From an uncultured Gammaproteobacteria bacterium (GTDB lineage Bacteria; Patescibacteriota; Microgenomatia; 2-02-FULL-39-11): a stretch of 64,000 bases of DNA. The translations under genes and the position numbers were made by a program. The DNA lies in NCBI GenBank assembly GCA_964362665.1, contig CAYIFB010000001.1:48308-112307 (forward strand), written 5' to 3'. Under the pieces are notes generated by a model. The model saw only the letters and a program-made list of their open reading frames with translations. It did no database searches and was not told the origin of the DNA. Positions 48,040 to 58,058 of the stretch are shown here, one piece after another. Positions within the stretch are counted from its first letter, which is position 1, and every line of letters begins with the position of its first letter.

Positions 48040-48612
48040 ATGGTCAAGAAAAATATAAATTTGCTGATTGAAAAAGAGTTGGATTCAGCTCTGGTTGCAA
48101 AATTAAAATTTTTTCTGCCGATCACTGCAGCTATTTCGTTTATTCTCTTTATCATTCTATTTGTTATTTCGATTTCTTATACTAAGTCAAATCTGGCCCA
48201 ATATAACGTACTAAATGCTGAAGTAAACCGATTGGAAAGTAAAATTGATGAAAAGAAAAATCTGGAAGGAGTATATACGCTAAGTTATATTATTTTAAAA
48301 ACGATAAGTGAAGTTCTCAATAATAAAGTTAGTTTCATGCCGATCTTTAATGAAGTAGTGAAAGTAAATTCCGATCATCTATCCGTAATGCAAGCTTCCT
48401 CTGATGAAAAAGGTAAAGTGAACATGGCTTTAACCGCATCATCATCAGCTGACCTGAACGATTTGGTCTCTTTTTTGCACGAGAAGGAAGATAAGGATAA
48501 AATTTTTTCCAATATGATAGCTAACGGCATTGTCAAGAATAAAAAGGGCGGATACGAATTATCTGTATCATTAAAAGCGGATGATTCACTTTACCATGAA
48601 AAAACCAATTAA
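48040..48612 (+). CDS. pilN: PilN-like protein
   Basis: INLL motif, single TM, coiled coil; follows pilM. Confidence 0.75.
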   Translation: MVKKNINLLIEKELDSALVAKLKFFLPITAAISFILFIILFVISISYTKSNLAQYNVLNAEVNRLESKIDEKKNLEGVYTLSYIILKTISEVLNNKVSFMPIFNEVVKVNSDHLSVMQASSDEKGKVNMALTASSSADLNDLVSFLHEKEDKDKIFSNMIANGIVKNKKGGYELSVSLKADDSLYHEKTN

Positions 48613-49327
48613 TTATTATTTATACAAATTAAAAAAATATGAAATAGTTGGAGCGTCGGCATTTGTTATTCTGGTGATTTTAGGCTTGTCAATTACCTTT
48701 TTATTGCCAAATTTCCGTAAAGCGCAGGAAATATATTATCAACAAAGGGAGCTACGGACACGATTGACAGTTCTTCGGAAAAAAGATGAATTATTGTCTG
48801 CGATCGATGGTAAGGTTTATCAGGACAATATAAATAAATTGACAAGCATCTTACCGGGATCTAAAGATTATGTTTCTTTGTTTAATACTTTTGATAATCT
48901 GCAGCTAAAAAGCGGGGTGACGATCTTAAAAACAGATTTGCAGTTCGGTACCATATCTACCGCATCAGGTAATCTAAAAAAAGATAAAACATCCTCAGCC
49001 TATCTCATACCTATAAAAATGGACATTATTGGAGATTTTGATCAAATAAATGCCTTCATCAATTCTCTGACAGATCTTTCAGGACGCATGATCACAATGA
49101 ATAAAATTTCATGGGGAACTAGCGTGGAAGGATTATATACCGTTTCTTTAGAAGGTAATAGTTATTTTTATCCGTTGCCTTCAAAGATAGGCGGAGTTGA
49201 TTCGCCGCTCAAAGAGACAAATGAAAAAGATCAAAAGATTCTTGATAAAGTTGCCAGCATTCCTTTCCAAATAGAGGAAGAAAACAACAGTTCTTTGCCT
49301 ATGGGTAAACAAAATTTATTCAATTAA
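48596..49327 (+). CDS. pilO: PilO-like protein
   Basis: TM plus coiled coil; LP; GDFDQINAFI...R; ends GKQNLF. Confidence 0.78.
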   Translation: MKKPINYYLYKLKKYEIVGASAFVILVILGLSITFLLPNFRKAQEIYYQQRELRTRLTVLRKKDELLSAIDGKVYQDNINKLTSILPGSKDYVSLFNTFDNLQLKSGVTILKTDLQFGTISTASGNLKKDKTSSAYLIPIKMDIIGDFDQINAFINSLTDLSGRMITMNKISWGTSVEGLYTVSLEGNSYFYPLPSKIGGVDSPLKETNEKDQKILDKVASIPFQIEEENNSSLPMGKQNLFN

Positions 49328-49998
49328 GGCTTTTTTGCGTATTTTTTGGAATGACTTTTTCTCCAGCTCGTTATTTCCAGATGATTGCCTGACATTAGGA
49401 CTGACGGAACTTTATACTTATTATACACCGGTGGCCGGGTATATTGGGGTGCCTCTAATGAATTCTTATAGGAAAATGATTCGTTAAGAAGTGAGTCTTT
49501 ATTTAATACCCCGTCTACCAGACGGCACACAGCATCGCAAACGACCATAGCTGGTATTTCTCCTCCGGTTAAGATATACCTCCCTATTGAAACGGATTCA
49601 TCAATAAAATTTTTAATACGCTCATCAAATCCTTCGTAATGTCCGCAAACAAGTATAAGATGGTCAAGCAGACTGTATTTCTGGGCTAGAGGTTGTGAAA
49701 ATTGCTGACCTTTAGGATCAAGTAACACTACTTTTTCTTTGATGGATTTATTTTTATTTTTTAAGCTAACTGCAAGAATAGCTTTATGTAAAACATCTAC
49801 TTTCATGAGCATTCCCGCTCCTCCGCCGTAAGGCTTGTCATCTACTGATTTATGAGGATCAGTTGCGAAATTTCTTATATCTATAATTTGCAGATTAATT
49901 AATTTTTTTTGACGAGCGCGTCCCAATATGGATGAGTCAAATACAGGATGAAAAAAAGTGGGGAATAATGTCAATATGGTTATTTTCACGAAAATCAA
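49324..49998 (-). CDS. trmD: tRNA (guanine-N1)-methyltransferase
   Basis: VDDKPYGGGAGM; CGHYEGFDER; SIG.YILTGGE; SGNH. Confidence 0.97.
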   Translation of the reverse strand: MIFVKITILTLFPTFFHPVFDSSILGRARQKKLINLQIIDIRNFATDPHKSVDDKPYGGGAGMLMKVDVLHKAILAVSLKNKNKSIKEKVVLLDPKGQQFSQPLAQKYSLLDHLILVCGHYEGFDERIKNFIDESVSIGRYILTGGEIPAMVVCDAVCRLVDGVLNKDSLLNESFSYKNSLEAPQYTRPPVYNKYKVPSVLMSGNHLEITSWRKSHSKKYAKKP

Positions 49999-50225
49999 CC
50001 GACGTCTATGCGGATCTGCTTATTATTTTTTATAGCCCAGATTTTGGAGATATTTCTGATAGCTTGTATGATTTTGCCCTGTTTACCGATGATTTTGCCG
50101 ATGTCGTCCTTATCAGCCGAAATGATGTACTGAATATTTAGATCATCAATTTTTGTTTCCGTAACTTTCAAATCTTCTGGCTTCTGGACGATTAAAGAAA
50201 TTATATATTCAAGTATTTGTTTCAT
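49995..50225 (-). CDS. khpA: KH-domain RNA-binding protein
   Basis: DIGKIIGKQGKIIQAIR; lies between rpsP and trmD. Confidence 0.92.
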   Translation of the reverse strand: MKQILEYIISLIVQKPEDLKVTETKIDDLNIQYIISADKDDIGKIIGKQGKIIQAIRNISKIWAIKNNKQIRIDVG

Positions 50226-50452
50226 TTTATCAGCAATTTCCTGACAGACTGCGTCATTTGGGCACCATTTTTAATCCATTTTTCGAGGCCTTCCCTGTTA
50301 ACTTCAAGTGAGACAGGTTTAGACAAAGGATCATAATAACCTAAATTTTCCAAAACTTTACCGGATCTTTTGGTTTGTTGATCGGCAGCTATGATCCGAT
50401 AAAACGGTCTTGATTTTCTACCCAGCCTGGTTAATTTAATTTTTACCGACAT
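50222..50452 (-). CDS. rpsP: 30S ribosomal protein S16
   Basis: VKIKLTRLG...PFYRII; LGYYDP; W..NGAQ. Confidence 0.97.
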   Translation of the reverse strand: MSVKIKLTRLGRKSRPFYRIIAADQQTKRSGKVLENLGYYDPLSKPVSLEVNREGLEKWIKNGAQMTQSVRKLLIK

Positions 50453-50467
50453 ATTGATTGCATTATA

Positions 50468-51172
50468 TTATTTTTTGTTCCAATTCTCAAGTGCATTGGT
50501 GGCAGCTGACTGTTCAGCCTCCTGTTTATTTCGGCCAACACCCGTGCCCCAAAGCTTCGAGTTGACATATACTCCCACCGTAAACTCTTTCGCATGGTCA
50601 GGTCCCGTTTCCTTCATTACCTGATAGAGGGGTGAATTTTTGGTGGTTTCCTGGACGATTTCCTGATAAGTACTTTTGGCATCTTTATAAGATTTATCCT
50701 TAATAATCATGGGTACCATGGGAAAAATAAGTTTTTCAATAATTACTTTAGTAGTTTTAAGACCTAAATCCAGAAAAATTGCCCCGATTAATGCTTCGAA
50801 AGTGTCAGCTAAAAGTGATGAGTTTTTTCTGCCTCCGCTTTCCTCCTCACCTTTTGACAGCTTTAGGTAAGTTCCGAGATTTAGATTTTGGGCAATTTTG
50901 GCAAGTGTCGTAGTCTTGACGAGTGATGAGCGCAGGTTGGTTAAATATCCTTCGCTGAATTTCGGATAAGTATTAAAAAGAAAATCGGAGACAATAAAAG
51001 ACAATACGGTATCTCCTAAAAATTCAAGTCGTTCGTTAGATTCTATTTTATTTTTAGTTTCATTCAAATAGGAACGGTGATTGAACGCTCGAATTAAGAG
51101 TTCTTCATGGGCAAATTTAATATTTAGCTGATTTAAAAGGTCACTGTATTTTCCCATATCAAATTTCATCAC
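50468..51172 (-). CDS. rnc: Ribonuclease III
   Basis: NERLEFLGD; ADTFEALIGA; dsRBD GPDHAKEF...KQEAEQ. Confidence 0.97.
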   Translation of the reverse strand: MMKFDMGKYSDLLNQLNIKFAHEELLIRAFNHRSYLNETKNKIESNERLEFLGDTVLSFIVSDFLFNTYPKFSEGYLTNLRSSLVKTTTLAKIAQNLNLGTYLKLSKGEEESGGRKNSSLLADTFEALIGAIFLDLGLKTTKVIIEKLIFPMVPMIIKDKSYKDAKSTYQEIVQETTKNSPLYQVMKETGPDHAKEFTVGVYVNSKLWGTGVGRNKQEAEQSAATNALENWNKK

Positions 51173-51404
51173 TGTATTGTTCGATAAATACTATTAGATC
51201 ACTGACAGTCGTAATGTGTTGTATATCGATATCATCAGGCAGTTGAAAATTATATTCTTTGGAAAGCATAGATAAAGCATCAATCACTTCGATATTGGTT
51301 AAATTAAGATCTTCAGATAAACTGGAATCCGAATTTATTATTTCAGGGTTTACCCCGAATTCATCTGACAATATTTTTTTGATTACCGCAAAATTATCAT
51401 GCAT
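51159..51404 (-). CDS. Acyl-carrier-protein-like protein lacking the canonical DSL serine
   Basis: 81 aa, acidic; SLSEDLNLTNIE...EYNFQLPD...ITTVSDL; immediately upstream of rnc. Confidence 0.75.
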   Translation of the reverse strand: MHDNFAVIKKILSDEFGVNPEIINSDSSLSEDLNLTNIEVIDALSMLSKEYNFQLPDDIDIQHITTVSDLIVFIEQYSDEI

Positions 51405-51762
51405 AATATTTTTTAAGAAGATCTCCCAATACTCCGTTGATGAATAACGGACTTGCATCTCCGCCAAAGGTTTTGGCAAGTTCTACAGCTTCGTCTATGA
51501 TAACTTTAACAGGCTCACGCCTTTCAATCAAGAGTTCATATGCTGATAAACGGAGAATTGCCAGATCTATTTTAGCTATTTTATCTATGGGAAATTGTTT
51601 TGCAGACTCTCGTATATACTCGTCAATCTTCTCTAAATTTTTTTGTATTGATAATAAATCCTTATTACGTGGTATGTCAGATTTTGAAGAAAAACTTACT
51701 GCAAAAAGCGCTTTTACCAAATTGATTCGTTTTAGGTGCCTGGGATCGCTGGCGTTTTTCAT
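51397..51762 (-). CDS. nusB: Transcription antitermination factor NusB
   Basis: IDLAILRL; VIIDEAVELAK.FG; FINGVL. Confidence 0.96.
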   Translation of the reverse strand: MKNASDPRHLKRINLVKALFAVSFSSKSDIPRNKDLLSIQKNLEKIDEYIRESAKQFPIDKIAKIDLAILRLSAYELLIERREPVKVIIDEAVELAKTFGGDASPLFINGVLGDLLKKYYA

Positions 51763-51917
51763 TTATAAAATCCGCATTTAGGGCATATTCTGTGGGGTAG
51801 CTTGAGAGTCTTACATTTAGGACACTTATTTGGCTTGGTTAAAGTCACCTTTATATTTTCGTTCTCTCTCTTGCCTGATCTTCTTGTAGAATGCCTTCTT
51901 TTGGGTAGTGGTGCCAT
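51759..51917 (-). CDS. rpmF: 50S ribosomal protein L32 (below the ORF-track cutoff)
   Basis: Manual translation: MAPLPKRRHSTRRSGKRENENIKVTLTKPNKCPKCKTLKLPHRICPKCGFYK*. Confidence 0.95.
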   Translation of the reverse strand: MAPLPKRRHSTRRSGKRENENIKVTLTKPNKCPKCKTLKLPHRICPKCGFYK

Positions 51918-51939
51918 AAATTATTAATAATTAATATGA

Positions 51940-53988
51940 TTAATCTGCCGGAACATATGATATTTTAGCCTGTCTCAATTTATCCTGCAAGGGGGGAAAA
52001 TTTAAAAGCGTGTTATTAGTAGCCGTCTTCTCGACTGCAGTTTTAGTCAGTTTCAACATATTCAAATCACTAAGATCGGCTATTTTAAACGGTAAAAAAC
52101 CGTGTTGTTTTGTTCCATGAATATTGCCCGGACCTCTCAAACCCAGATCATATTCAGCTAAAACAGGACCTTTATCTGATTTTTCCAAGCGTTTAAGCCG
52201 TTCCATAGATTTTGAATTAGTATTATCCGAGAATAAAAGACAATATGATTGATACTTTCCCCGTCCTACTCGTCCGCGCAGTTGATGAAGCTGGGCAAGT
52301 CCAAATCGGTCAGCAGCTTCAATTAACATCACAACTGCATCGGGAAAATCGATTCCCACCTCCACTATTGGGGTGGCCACGAGAATATGTATTTGTTTTT
52401 TTTGCATAAGAGACATCACTTTTTGACGGTCTTTACTTGAAAGTCTTGAATGTAATAATCCTAATTTCAATTCTGGAAAAATTTCATGTGTTAATCTCTC
52501 GAATTCTTTTTTGACGGCTTTAACTGTCGACAGACTTTCCGACTCTTCGATAAATGGACAGATGATAAATGCCTGCTTTGTAATTTTAAAGCTTTTTGAT
52601 TTCGAAAGAAGTTGTTGCTTCATCCAAAGGTATGCGGAATCTCTTTTAATCTCGGGAACCACCCAGGTCTTTATTTTTTTACGACCAACTGGCATTTCAT
52701 CAATAACTGACAGATCCAGATCTGCATATAATGTGAGAGCTAGTGTTCTAGGGATAGGAGTAGCCGTGAGGCTTAAAAGATGAGGTTTATTTCCTTTAAG
52801 CCGAAGTTTTGTTCTCTGGCTGACACCAAATCTTTGCTGTTCATCAATGACAGCCAATGCCAGGTTATTAATCTCGACTTTTTCTGCAATCAGAGCATGT
52901 GTGCCCACATAAATATCGGCATGATTCGTATCAGGATGATTATCTGACGTTAACAGGGCTATTTTTATGCCATAAGAGCTTAGAATTTTTTTTAAAGTCA
53001 TGAAATGCTGATTGGCCAGTAGTTCAGTAGGAGCCATCAAGGCAGATCTATAACCATTTAAATAAACTGCATACATGGCAATAGCTGCCACCACAGTTTT
53101 ACCCGATCCCACATCTCCTTCCAGAAGTCTGTTCATTGGATGAGAGTTGGATAAATCTGATAAAATTTTATCTGCCGACTTTTCCTGAGAATGAGTCAGG
53201 CTGAAAGGAAGGTTGGTGATGAAATCACTGATTTTTGGAGCAAAATCTTCTTTCTTTATCTGAAACTTTGTAGTTTCTTTAATGTTTTTTAATTTGACTA
53301 ATTTATGATGCATCTGAAATAAAAAAAGCTCATCAAAAGAAAGCCGTCTTCGGGCATCCTCAATATCAGTAGGATTACCAGGGAAATGAATTTTAAAGAG
53401 AGCTGATTTTAAAGAAAGTAATTGATAATCAGATAAAAATTGAAGCGGTAAATAATCTTTGATCTCGCTTAGAAAATTTGTAAGTATTGAATATAATCGT
53501 GACCTGATCCATTTTGAGGAAACACCTTTCGTTTCCGGATAAATTGGGGTTAACCGCCCGGTATGTATTAAAGACTTATTTGATATTACAAGCTCATATT
53601 CAGGCGATTCAAGTATTAATTTGAATCCGTAAGTTGTGGCTTCACCGGCGATGCTGACATTTAGGCCGGTTTTCAATATTTTGGTAAGATATGGCTGATT
53701 GTACCAAACGAGATCAATAGATCCGGTATCATCGCTGAGTACAGCTTTTTGAATTTTTTTACCGGATTTGGTAAAAGAGTTGGTCATTTTAGTAATTTTT
53801 CCAATAACAGTAATCCTCTCCCCGGGTTGAATCAGGTTGATTTTAGTGACGACTGAGTTATTTTCATAGCGGGCCGGAAGGTGATATAAAAGATCCTCGA
53901 TCGTATTTACCGATAATTTATTTAGCTTGAGACTATAAGCGCTGCCTACCATTCTTAAGGAGTCGACGCTTGACGTTAAATGGAGCAT
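51940..53988 (-). CDS. recG: ATP-dependent DNA helicase RecG
   Basis: MNRLLEGDVGSGKT; DEQQRFGV; TATPIPRTL; QLHQLRGRVGRG. Confidence 0.97.
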   Translation of the reverse strand: MLHLTSSVDSLRMVGSAYSLKLNKLSVNTIEDLLYHLPARYENNSVVTKINLIQPGERITVIGKITKMTNSFTKSGKKIQKAVLSDDTGSIDLVWYNQPYLTKILKTGLNVSIAGEATTYGFKLILESPEYELVISNKSLIHTGRLTPIYPETKGVSSKWIRSRLYSILTNFLSEIKDYLPLQFLSDYQLLSLKSALFKIHFPGNPTDIEDARRRLSFDELFLFQMHHKLVKLKNIKETTKFQIKKEDFAPKISDFITNLPFSLTHSQEKSADKILSDLSNSHPMNRLLEGDVGSGKTVVAAIAMYAVYLNGYRSALMAPTELLANQHFMTLKKILSSYGIKIALLTSDNHPDTNHADIYVGTHALIAEKVEINNLALAVIDEQQRFGVSQRTKLRLKGNKPHLLSLTATPIPRTLALTLYADLDLSVIDEMPVGRKKIKTWVVPEIKRDSAYLWMKQQLLSKSKSFKITKQAFIICPFIEESESLSTVKAVKKEFERLTHEIFPELKLGLLHSRLSSKDRQKVMSLMQKKQIHILVATPIVEVGIDFPDAVVMLIEAADRFGLAQLHQLRGRVGRGKYQSYCLLFSDNTNSKSMERLKRLEKSDKGPVLAEYDLGLRGPGNIHGTKQHGFLPFKIADLSDLNMLKLTKTAVEKTATNNTLLNFPPLQDKLRQAKISYVPAD

Positions 53989-53992
53989 AAAT

Positions 53993-54097
53993 TTATCGTA
54001 AGAAAAACAAGGGAAGAAGCGATGTTGCTATCAAAGAAATGCTTGAGATGATGACGATAACCGTCCAAAGTTTTTTATGTTTTAGAAAAATATTCAT
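53993..54097 (-). CDS. 34-aa single-TM small protein
   Basis: MNIFLKHKKLWTVIVIISSISLIATSLLPLFFLR*; fills the tyrS-recG gap on the same strand. Confidence 0.65.
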   Translation of the reverse strand: MNIFLKHKKLWTVIVIISSISLIATSLLPLFFLR

Positions 54098-54122
54098 ATT
54101 AATAATTATTATTTATAAATAT

Positions 54123-55331
54123 TTAATTGATGATTGATAATTTAACAAACCTGTGTTTTCCATATTTCACGATCATTCCATTTTTTGGCGAAATTTTTTG
54201 TTGCGGGTTTAAATATTTTTCTTTGTCCATTTCTACCGCCCCTTCCTGAATTAATCTCTTTGCTTCACTTCTGCTGGCAGTAAATTTCAATAAGATCAAT
54301 AAATCGACGATAGTTATGTCGCTCGTGGCATTTAGGGTTACAGCAGGTATATCTCCTGTTAAGTTCTTATTCTGAAATGTGGCCTCAAAATACTCCTGGG
54401 CTTTTTTGGCATCGCGATCGCTATTTAACATCCCGGTCAGAGTGAAAGCGAGTTGTTTTTTATACTGCATAGGTTTATTTCCGGAGGCAAGATTGTTGCG
54501 GATTTCTTCTACTTCTTCCATCGGAATATCGGTGATATATTCGAAAGATTTGGCAATGACATCATCAGGTAAGCTCATAATCATACCATAAAGATCAGAA
54601 GGCTTTGCGGTTAAGGCAATTACATTGCCTTCAGTTTTTCCGATTTTTTTGCCTGAGGAATCGGTAAGCAGCGGAGTTGTTATAACAAATTTTTCTCTCT
54701 TGATCATTTCCCTTGCCAATTTTCGTCCGGCCAGCATATTAAAAGTTTGATCGGAACCGCCAAGTTCAAGATCTACTTTCATAGCGACAGAATCATACCC
54801 CTGCAGCAATGGATACAGGAATTCTCGGAAATTAATTTCATGGCCGAGTTTTTTTCTTTCCACATACATATCTCTTTCTTCGAGATATTGCAATGAAAAG
54901 TGACCTGCGATATTTAAGATGTCGATGAGATTTAATTTATTCAGCCAGTCGCTGTTGTAGAGAATTTCTGCAGCATTTTCGCCGGTAAATCTGACTATTT
55001 TACCAGCTTGCATCACATAGTCTTTAGCATTATTTTTAAGCTCCTCCACAGTGAGAAACTTTTCCCGGGTTCGCGCCTTTCCTGATGGGTCTCCTGCTTG
55101 TCCGGTACCATCCCCAATCAAAAAAATTACGTTATGGCCTAAATTTTGAAACTGGCGAAGCTTCATAAGTCCTGTCATGTGGCCGATATGAAGTTGTATA
55201 CCGCTGGGATCAAAACCCTGGTAAAGACGAAGTTTTTTCCCCGAGCGTAAAACTTTTTCCAAAGCCTCATAAGTCGGATATATTTTGTCTACGCCTCTGG
55301 TAAGGAGTTCATCAATCTTATCCATACGCAT
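54123..55331 (-). CDS. tyrS: Tyrosine--tRNA ligase
   Basis: GFDP....HIGH; YPLLQGYD; GGSDQ; KIGKT; C-terminal S4 domain. Confidence 0.97.
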   Translation of the reverse strand: MRMDKIDELLTRGVDKIYPTYEALEKVLRSGKKLRLYQGFDPSGIQLHIGHMTGLMKLRQFQNLGHNVIFLIGDGTGQAGDPSGKARTREKFLTVEELKNNAKDYVMQAGKIVRFTGENAAEILYNSDWLNKLNLIDILNIAGHFSLQYLEERDMYVERKKLGHEINFREFLYPLLQGYDSVAMKVDLELGGSDQTFNMLAGRKLAREMIKREKFVITTPLLTDSSGKKIGKTEGNVIALTAKPSDLYGMIMSLPDDVIAKSFEYITDIPMEEVEEIRNNLASGNKPMQYKKQLAFTLTGMLNSDRDAKKAQEYFEATFQNKNLTGDIPAVTLNATSDITIVDLLILLKFTASRSEAKRLIQEGAVEMDKEKYLNPQQKISPKNGMIVKYGKHRFVKLSIIN

Positions 55332-55403
55332 AATATATCATATTTACTGGGTGGACAGCCAGACTGGTTTGCTTGGAATTTTTCTTTTTGTTACACTACG
55401 ATT

Positions 55404-58058
55404 ATGGCTCATCGTTTCCACAGTAGGCGTTTAGATAGACTCAAGTATGGCAAACTATTTAAATTGAACTCTTATTCATGGAGACTTTTAAAAATTAAAC
55501 TTGTTAGTCATCTTACCTCTATAACCCTGATAACATTGGGTGTTTTAGTTTTTATCGCTGTAATATTGTTTTTTTGGTATTCCAGAGATTTACCTTCACC
55601 CGACAAAGTAAAAAGAAAAACAGGTTTTTCGACAGTGCTTTTGGACCGGACAGGCAAACCTATTTACGACATTTACTCCGATCAGAACAGAATTCCGATT
55701 TCATTCAGTGAATTCCCTGAAAGTCTGAAAAAAGCAACCATCGCCATTGAAGATAAAAATTTTTATACGCATCAGGGTTTTGACCCCAAAGGTATCCTTC
55801 GTTCTGTTTTTAATATTATTACCTTTAGGGGGTTACAAGGAGGATCGACACTGACTCAACAGCTGGTCAAAAATGTTTTATTATCCAGTGAACGGACGTT
55901 GCCCAGAAAAATAAAAGAATTTATACTCTCAATACAAATTGAAAGGAAATATTCCAAAGATGAAATTTTGCAGATGTATCTGAATGAAGCGCCTTATGGT
56001 GGAACAATGTGGGGCATAGAGTCGGCTGCCGAAGGCTATTTTGGCAAGCACGCCAAAGATTTAGACTTTCTGGAAAGCATCATTCTGGCAGGTCTTCCTC
56101 AAAGACCTTCATATTATACTCCATATGGCGCCAGTCCTAAAGCATATATGATTCGCGCGGAGGAAGTACTCAGGCGACTTCGGGAGGATAATATCATCAC
56201 ACAAAGTCAGGAGGCAGAATATAAGAGAAACCTGCCCAACGTGAAGTTCATTTCCAATAGCGAACAATCCCGTGCCTGGCATTTCGTAGAGTATGTCAAA
56301 AAGCAGTTAAATGAACAGTTTGGTGAGACCTTAATAGATAAATCCGGCTTAAGAATTACGACTACACTCGATTCAGAATTACAATCGACAACGGAAAAAA
56401 TCGTTTTTGAAGAACTGGAAAAACTGAAAGGGATGAGCGTCGGTAACGGAGCAACGATCGTGATCAATCCTAATACCGGTGAAATTTTATCCTATGTAGG
56501 GAGTAAAGAATACATTTCCAAAGACGAAACTTTCCAGGGTAAATTTGATGTGGTGAGTATGGGATACAGGCAACCGGGAAGCGCACTAAAGCCAATTACT
56601 TATGCTGCTGCCTTTAACAAAGGTTATACGCCTTCTTATCTTCTGATGGATGTAGAAACACATTTTCACGGAGGAGCCGATAACAAGGATTACATTCCAA
56701 AAAATTATGATAATAAATTCAGAGGCCCAGTGCAATTAAGATACGCCCTTGCCAATTCTGTTAATGTTCCCGCGGTCAAACTGACCGCCTTAACCGGCAT
56801 CAAAGATATCCTAAAAACAGCTTCTGATATGGGTATTACAACCCTTTCTCCGACTGATATAAACGAAAAAAGATTGGGACTTTCACTGACTCTTGGTGGA
56901 GGTGAAGTGAGGCTTCTTGATCTTGCCAGTGCATACGGAGTGTTTGCCACGGGTGGCATCAGACACGATCCGATTGTTATTTTAAAAATTACTGATTCAA
57001 ACGGAAAGACACTTTATGAATATAAACCAAGTGTTGGTAAAAGAGTGTTGAATGAAGATGTAAGTTTTTTGATATCCGATATTTTATCCGATAATGACAG
57101 TCGAAAAGAAGTTTTTGGTTTAAATAGCTATTTGTATATCCCTAGTCACGATGTGGCTGTCAAGACAGGAACGACAGATGATAAAAGAGATAACTGGACT
57201 GTAGGTTATACAACCTCAGCGGTTGTTGGAGTTTGGGTGGGTAATAATGATAATTCTCCCATGAATCCCAAATTAGCCTCCGGAGTTACGGGCGCAGCTC
57301 CGATTTGGAATCGGATTATCAGAGAAGTAATTAAGAAATATCCGGAAAAATCTTTTCATAAACCGGACAATGTCATAAATCTTGATATAGACGGATTTGG
57401 AGGCGGCCTTCCTCATGAAGGAAGACCGACCCGAAAGGAATATTTTATCAAAGGTACAGATCCCACATCGGTCGCATCTATTTATCAGAAACTAAAACTA
57501 TCGAAGGCAGATAATAAAAAATTAGCCAATTCTGTCGAAATTGCCACAGGTTCTTATGACGAAAAAGAGTTTATAGTTTTTCATGAAGACGACCCCACAT
57601 CCTTAAAAGGCAGCGAAAATATGTGGCAAAAAGGAATAGATGAATGGTTAAATACGCAAAATGATCCCACATATCACCCTCCAACTGATTCTTCAACGAA
57701 CAATGACAACCAGGTCATCGTGAGGATAAAAAATCCTCAGGATAAGGAGGAGTTAAATGATGAAAACGTAAATATTTCGGCCGATGCCAAAGCCGTCAAA
57801 GATATTACCAAAATGGAAATATATATCGATGATATCTTAAAAACCAGCGTCAATAATAACTTCTATAATGATACATTGCGTATGGACAGAGGTGTGCATA
57901 CTTTAAAAGTAAAGGCCATAGACCGCGAAAATCACAGCGGAGAATCTTCTATTATTATTGGAGTGAAGGTTCCGGCAGTTTTATCCCCTACCCTTAGTCC
58001 TACTGTGCCGCCACCCGTTCCTTCAGCAACGTCTCCGGTTGCGTCTCCTACGATTTAG
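55404..58058 (+). CDS. Class A penicillin-binding protein (PBP1A family) with Ig-like domain and Pro/Thr tail
   Basis: EDKNFY.H.G; GGSTLTQQLVKN; RKIKE; QPGSALKP; SVN; KTGTT. Confidence 0.95.
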   Translation: MAHRFHSRRLDRLKYGKLFKLNSYSWRLLKIKLVSHLTSITLITLGVLVFIAVILFFWYSRDLPSPDKVKRKTGFSTVLLDRTGKPIYDIYSDQNRIPISFSEFPESLKKATIAIEDKNFYTHQGFDPKGILRSVFNIITFRGLQGGSTLTQQLVKNVLLSSERTLPRKIKEFILSIQIERKYSKDEILQMYLNEAPYGGTMWGIESAAEGYFGKHAKDLDFLESIILAGLPQRPSYYTPYGASPKAYMIRAEEVLRRLREDNIITQSQEAEYKRNLPNVKFISNSEQSRAWHFVEYVKKQLNEQFGETLIDKSGLRITTTLDSELQSTTEKIVFEELEKLKGMSVGNGATIVINPNTGEILSYVGSKEYISKDETFQGKFDVVSMGYRQPGSALKPITYAAAFNKGYTPSYLLMDVETHFHGGADNKDYIPKNYDNKFRGPVQLRYALANSVNVPAVKLTALTGIKDILKTASDMGITTLSPTDINEKRLGLSLTLGGGEVRLLDLASAYGVFATGGIRHDPIVILKITDSNGKTLYEYKPSVGKRVLNEDVSFLISDILSDNDSRKEVFGLNSYLYIPSHDVAVKTGTTDDKRDNWTVGYTTSAVVGVWVGNNDNSPMNPKLASGVTGAAPIWNRIIREVIKKYPEKSFHKPDNVINLDIDGFGGGLPHEGRPTRKEYFIKGTDPTSVASIYQKLKLSKADNKKLANSVEIATGSYDEKEFIVFHEDDPTSLKGSENMWQKGIDEWLNTQNDPTYHPPTDSSTNNDNQVIVRIKNPQDKEELNDENVNISADAKAVKDITKMEIYIDDILKTSVNNNFYNDTLRMDRGVHTLKVKAIDRENHSGESSIIIGVKVPAVLSPTLSPTVPPPVPSATSPVASPTI

